Shown piece after piece: positions 59,244 through 64,000 of a DNA stretch of 64,000 nucleotides. The DNA lies in the NCBI GenBank assembly GCA_046563655.1, contig CM102283.1, positions 6,820,001 to 6,884,000 of the forward strand, written 5' to 3'. The notes below the pieces were generated by a model. The model searched no databases and was not told where the DNA came from. It was given only the letters and a program-made list of their open reading frames with translations. The DNA is from Yuukianura sp. NJ FZ-2021 (taxonomy: Eukaryota). Made by a program: the position numbers and the translations under genes. Position 1 is the stretch's first letter. Each line of letters opens with the position of its first letter.

Positions 59244-61802
59244 ATGGGGTTTACGCGGTTGTTTAAGCACATTGAAGAGCATACGCGTGAAGGTGACACT
59301 GTAAGCACATCACAACCGCGCCGAGCAGCAGTTGTCGACACTGGGCAAGAAGGTTACACTTTAGAAACACGTTTTCAAAAAATTATTCTTCAAAAAAGAA
59401 TTTTAAAAAAATGGCACGTCGCTTTTTAGAAACCCGGTCTCACGGTCAAGCCGAAACTCCCAAGGAGTCGACGCAATCAATCTCCAAAAGTGACGAACTC
59501 AAGGGGCGGGAGTTACCAAATTTTGAAGATCAATACAGCTGGGATGATACAGTGCTTCCTGATGACGATCCAAAGATAAGATGGATGCGCCTGTCTCGGG
59601 CAAGTCAACTGCTTTTCCCGGAACCGAATCATCCAACGTCTCTGCCCAAACTAAGATGGACCAAAACTTGGAAATTAATGTTAGCACAAGCAGCAATTCC
59701 AATATTTCTAGCTGGGTGTGGTCTCATATTTGCTGGATACTACCTGTTATTAATGCAGGTAAACTCAATGACCTTTGACCTTTTGTTTAAATACTTACGA
59801 GGGAACATTTCTAACCGGTCATCAAGTTTTTGCATTTAAAAAATACAGTCATATTCCGCATGTCAAAAGAAAATTTTCCGCACTAGTTTCGGTTTCCAAC
59901 GCCAAAAAAAATACCGAATCTACTGCAGAAAATTTTCTTTTGACTACAGAGTATGACTGTATTTTTTTTTAAATTCACAACTTGATGCCCGGTTTGGAAT
60001 GTTCCCTTGTTAACCTAACTTGCTAACTTACTTCAAGTTCGTCTTTGGTTTGTTCATTTCAGAAAACGGCTGCATTCGAAAGGTGGCGGGAACTTACGGT
60101 ACTGGTGACCCCACTGCTAGGAATCAAGGCTCAGTTGGAGTTGACCTCCGTGGCTCGTTTTACGCTCCACCTTAGTTTAGGTCATATTCAAAAACATGAG
60201 AGACTCAACTACTGCGTAGCTGACATGGCCGTTTCACTTGTAAAGTACAAATTAAGTTAGCGTTTTCGTCTCAACAAGTTTAATTTACTCTTTCGCGTCA
60301 ATTTTAATTTTGATGGTGCTCTTTTTAGGTTCAAGCCGTTTTAGCGGGAATTTGCTCTGCGTATTTTGCCATGTTTCTGGTTTGGATTCGCGAGGGAATG
60401 CCGATCCGTTCTGGGAATTCTGACGTTTGGATAATCCTTGCAGTCTCTTGCTCTGCAGCATGTATAACATGTTTTCTAATATGTAAGCTTTCTAAAACAA
60501 AAAATAAGTTCAAATTTCGAATTTCGAAATTTTGTATTTTAATTTTTTTGTAATTTGAAAAGGTATTTTGACAATGGTGAGTACTCTGGTATGCTTCCAC
60601 TACAAAATAGATCCAAACCATGTCGCTGTTTCCATCGTGGCGGGAATCGGAGACATTTCAACTCTTGGATTTCTGGATGTAACTGCTCGATTTCTTCTAC
60701 GTTACGAAGGTATTTCTTAGAAACTGAAAGGTCAAAAGGTCAAATTCAAATCGGAATTTTTTCCAGAACTGTTTTGGATAGCTCCAATGCTAACCGTGGT
60801 TATCCTGGTAATGGCTTTGTTTCTGGCTTATGTCGCCTACAGCCATCCGTCCACCAAATCTTCACTCTGGGCCTGTTGGTTTCCGATTCTGCTCGTAGTA
60901 ATTCTCAGTTGGCAAGACTTTTCCGCTAATTTCGTTTGATTTACTAAAAAAAATTTCTAAACTGTAAAAAATTGTTCGTTTTTTCTTTAGTTTTGCCGGA
61001 ATGCTGCTGGAATTTGAAGGGAAGGAATTCAATAACATGGAATTGTACCAACCGCTGATTACTGGAATTGGTGCGACCATTATAGCCATCCACTATTCAA
61101 CAATCAGCAGCGACTACTTTGCCCAGTGCAAACCAGGGACACTCCCAGGAGATCAACGTAAAGTTTGTTGCTTTCCGACTAACATGTTTTGTCCAAGAAG
61201 TAAGTTTCCGGAGTTGCAACAAATTTTTATGTAATAATATATTACATATTGCTAATATTGCATTGTAATATTAATTAATTATTTATGAATCAATCTAGGA
61301 GTTTACGCCAAGACATATTTGATTGTCCTGGGTGTGGTCGTTGTGGCGCAGGCGTTGTTCTCTTTACTAATCTGGCTCCTGATCCCCAGCCATTCCAAGG
61401 AATGCTACGGAATTTTCTTTTCCTTGTATGTCATCTCATGTCTCGTCCAGGTCAGAAAATAATTCAAGTTGGAAGAAAATTTTAACATTTGAACTTTCAA
61501 TTTTTTAAACCTTTTGAAATGCTACTGTAGTCCGCCATTCTTCTGTACCTTACCCACCTTCTGCTCAACTTTCTGTGGAAGATGAAGGTCGATCCAGGAT
61601 TTTATGGTGGCGTTATACTTTTTAAAAAATAATTTTTTTTTCCAATGAATTCGTTTGTTTTTTTTTTCTTAAAATTTTAATCCAATTTTCAGTGATTCCA
61701 TGCCTTCATGGATTTGGAGATATTCTGGGAACTTTATTTCTACTCATGTGTTGCCAGACATACAAAATTAGATCGTGTGCTGTACAGTCTCCTGGCGAAT
61801 AA
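59244..61802 (+). CDS. SLC41 (MgtE-like) solute carrier, divergent
   Basis: About ten exons. QAAIPIFLAGCGLIFAG, ELTVLVTPLLGIKAQLELT, IDPNHVAVSIVAGIGD, YQPLITGIGA and VDPGFYVIPCLHGFGDILG follow the SLC41A motif order. Confidence 0.85.
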
Positions 61803-62406
61803 AATTTACCATTTTATGTTTTAGAATTAAATGTGACAACTTCCAAATTGTGCAGAAAAAGATTCAAAATTTTGAAAAGTGTACAAATGAAACTCGTTCA
61901 GTCCTTTTTAAATGAGGTTCCTTAACAATTATAAAGGAAATGACAAGCAAAATACAACTAAAAAATAGCACCACTTATTTTGTACTTTTTAGTAGGAATT
62001 TCAAATTACAAATTAACAAAAAGTTCTAAACTGAATTTCATGATTTTCTTCAACAAAAGAAAGAAATTCTTGCAATAAAATAACGGAAATGAGGATTCAA
62101 ATGGAACAATGAAAACTGTTTTTAACCAGATATGAACGTTTTTTTCCCGAAATTTCTTTTTTAAATTACAAAACCCACTATTTGAAAATTAAATATTGTG
62201 ACCTTGACTTTCTTCCTAGCTTATTCAAATCGTGAATCGGAAATGTAACTAAAATTGTGACAAATTCACAATTAATTCAAATTGCTTTGCCAAAATTCAA
62301 AAAATTGAAGTATATAAGTTCGCGACTCAAGTTGATTGGTTTACATCACACTAAAACATTCACAAAAATTCGTTTTTCTAACATCTGAAATTCAATACTA
62401 AAGGAC

Positions 62407-63393
62407 ATGAGTTCCGTAATATTCCTTATTGTTGGCTTATTAAGTCTCTGCGTAAGTAAACTTCCATAGTACTACCTTTTTGTTGAACAATTTTGTATTG
62501 AATTCTTAAAATTTAAAATTTTAGGGAATATGGCATGTTGATGCAAAAGATACGTCACGCATTACATGTCATGACGTTCCGCTAAACACTTCAACTGCGA
62601 AGATGACCGAAATTGATACAGTTTGCTATGCCCAAATGAAGGAGAGGGACCCTAGCCTTCCAGCTCAACCGGCGGCGCCCGGTACTAAAGATGCTAAGAA
62701 AGTTTGGAAACATCCGGTAAAATCACATTTAAAAACTTTTTTTTAAAACGTATTGATTATGTATCGGTGTCTTCAAGAATGTAATTGTTAATGATTTTTT
62801 TTTGAAGTGCTTCAAGGCATGTCTTTTGGAAGTGATCGGAGTGGTAACGATTTGTATTAAAATTTTTTTTTCAATTTAGAAATAATTTTGAAATATTTAT
62901 ATAAATTTTTTTTTTAAATTGTAGCTTACACCCACTGGAGCCTTTTCGCCTAATGCGACAGCTTATGTCAATGCAGTTTACCCTGCGTCTGCTGCACCCG
63001 CCATCATTAGTGGAGTTAAGGCATGCGCTACATGTAAGTTTTTAAATTTTGTGCAATACAAGAGACCGGAATTTTCAAAAAAAAAAAAATATGGCTACTC
63101 AAATTGTATATTTTTGTAGCTAATCCAGCTCTATCCAAAGACGACAACTGCTCCACCTACAAACCATTTTCTAAATGTTACAAGGAAGTTCTAAGAACGG
63201 TACGTAAATTGCCAACTACATATCGAATACATGTTTAAAACAAGGATTTGTTTAAGTTAGCATTCAGTTTCTTGGTTTTTTTTTTTTTTTATATGCATAG
63301 GTTTGTAAAGCCAAACCGACGGCGGCTAGGCGACGTAGAGCTGCTGGTGACCCGACTACGACACCTTCATCATCATCTGAAGAAGAAGATTAA
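62407..63393 (+). CDS. Odorant-binding protein (OBP/PBP-GOBP family), 8 Cys
   Basis: Exons 62407-62451, 62525-62716, 62808-62843, 62925-63033, 63120-63199 and 63301-63393 splice in frame. Signal peptide, then C-x18-C1-x30-C2-x3-C3-x40-C4-x12-C5-x8-C6-x8-C. Absent from the ORF track. Confidence 0.85.
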
Positions 63394-64000
63394 TTGACAA
63401 ATGGAAAAATGGAACTCGGTCATTGACCCCACTGACCTTGGAATTTACATCTTTACTCTCTGTACTACTTGACCTCTATTTTTCAATTTTCAAATAAAAC
63501 TTTCATTGCATGCAAGCTAAAAACTAAAACGCCCGCGGCCTTTGTATTTTTTTCTGAAATAGGCCAACCAAGTTTCCTGATTGACACACAATGTCGAATT
63601 TTCTGCAAATTGCACTTAACTTTTTATTATACGTTTCTTTCCCAATTTTTTGTTCCGAGGAGCATTTGATGACTTTTCTATAAGAATAGAACGACATTTT
63701 GATCTCACAGTTCTGGAGATGAGGCTAAAAAGCTCTAGTAAGCTGTACAAATTTTGTGTTTTTGATGCATGCGCTTCACGTTCTAAATTCTGGTGGATCT
63801 GGATGATCTCGGGAGTTTCATAAAGTGTTGTGTTCAAATCCAGCGTCAGTTTGAGTTCAGAAGGGGGCAGAAGTGGGGCGTGTGTAGTTGGTGGTTTAGT
63901 GTTTTAGGACTTTAGATTCGATTCATTAGTACAATTAATCGAAGTGAAAGAATGGTTAACTTCTAATTAATTGAAGGTGAAACTAACAATGCCAAAAATT

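Noticed and set aside
63616-63900. Minus-strand open frame near the window end
   Set aside because: Could be a terminal exon of a gene outside the window, but no motif or clear acceptor supports it.

Overview
Gene-dense eukaryotic DNA: AT-rich, with many 55-100 nt GT-AG introns. It is not prokaryotic, so the ORF track shows exon fragments and misses several whole genes. An odorant-binding protein and a gustatory-receptor remnant point to a hexapod; a springtail (Collembola) is my inference. Conserved genes, spliced by hand: SLC35F3/4-like transporter (partial), mRpS18B, mRpS10, a CYP2-clan P450, a NAT8/camello-like GNAT, QDPR, smoothened, RNF19, DGK-theta, a TSSK kinase, a divergent TAF5/TAF5L, NAPRT and a divergent SLC41. 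Several lineage-specific secreted genes are also present. Most notable: (1) a recent 679-bp duplication of the 5' end of smoothened that abuts the 3' exons of a headless gustatory receptor gene (possible young chimera); (2) a hidden 3-exon CS-alpha-beta defensin-like precursor; (3) a hidden 6-exon, 8-Cys OBP; (4) a 198-bp Transib-type MITE with RSS-heptamer ends and a 5-bp TSD; (5) a candidate polybasic cassette exon in DGK-theta; (6) a ~33-bp-periodic CCAAT/CTTTGTT promoter array. Exon boundaries were read by eye and may be off by a few bases. Family calls rest on remembered motifs, not database searches.
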